Source: Lingula anatina (Eukaryota > Animalia > Brachiopoda). Taken from it: a stretch of 64,000 nucleotides of DNA. A program made the position numbers and the translations under genes. The stretch lies in assembly GCA_051362555.1 (NCBI GenBank), contig CM120646.1, positions 16,244,001-16,308,000 on the forward strand. The letters are read 5' to 3'. Positions 63,830 through 64,000 of this stretch are shown here, in pieces. Numbering within the stretch: the stretch's first letter is position 1; every line of letters starts with the position of its first letter. The notes under the pieces are model-generated. The model was not told where the DNA came from. It did no database searches and worked only from the letters and a program-made list of their open reading frames with translations.

Positions 63830-64000
63830 TTGGCCACGAATACCTTAAAGATAAATCAAAGGCGTGCTTCAAAACACACGTGTTTAAAATGAGTGGAGAG
63901 TAAGTAGGCCTATTCTTGGACACTTCAAGTCAGTTTGCGACGACCGTCGAACGCTGAGTGTCAGTTTTATCATACATGTATACTTCTCTGAACATAAGGT

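Overview
AT-rich, intron-containing animal genomic DNA. A lophotrochozoan, most likely a mollusc, is inferred from the Helentron-type and MITE repeat families. Genes reconstructed by hand from splice signals and translation: a PHD-finger 5' fragment (-); MRPL37 (+, 8 coding exons); two tandem intronless UDP-glycosyltransferases (-); SLC49A4/DIRC2 lysosomal MFS transporter (-, 10 coding exons) with an intronless rhodopsin-type GPCR nested antisense in coding intron 6; SEC61G (+, head-to-head with SLC49A4); PDIA5 (+, five CxxC domains, KEEL); and a secreted C-type-lectin-domain gene with a 1-nt frameshift. The first coding intron of MRPL37 is a transposon nest: a long-TIR element whose 9-bp TSD duplicates the splice donor, two Helentron-type satellite-carrying elements and an RTE LINE tail. 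The last ~11 kb (53-64 kb) holds no gene I recognise, but it does hold phase-consistent chains of exons with very short introns and premature stops on both strands. This looks like a decayed, gene-dense block, possibly a fossil large mobile element or endogenous virus, and is the best novelty candidate. All exon calls are manual and unverified by RNA data or database search.
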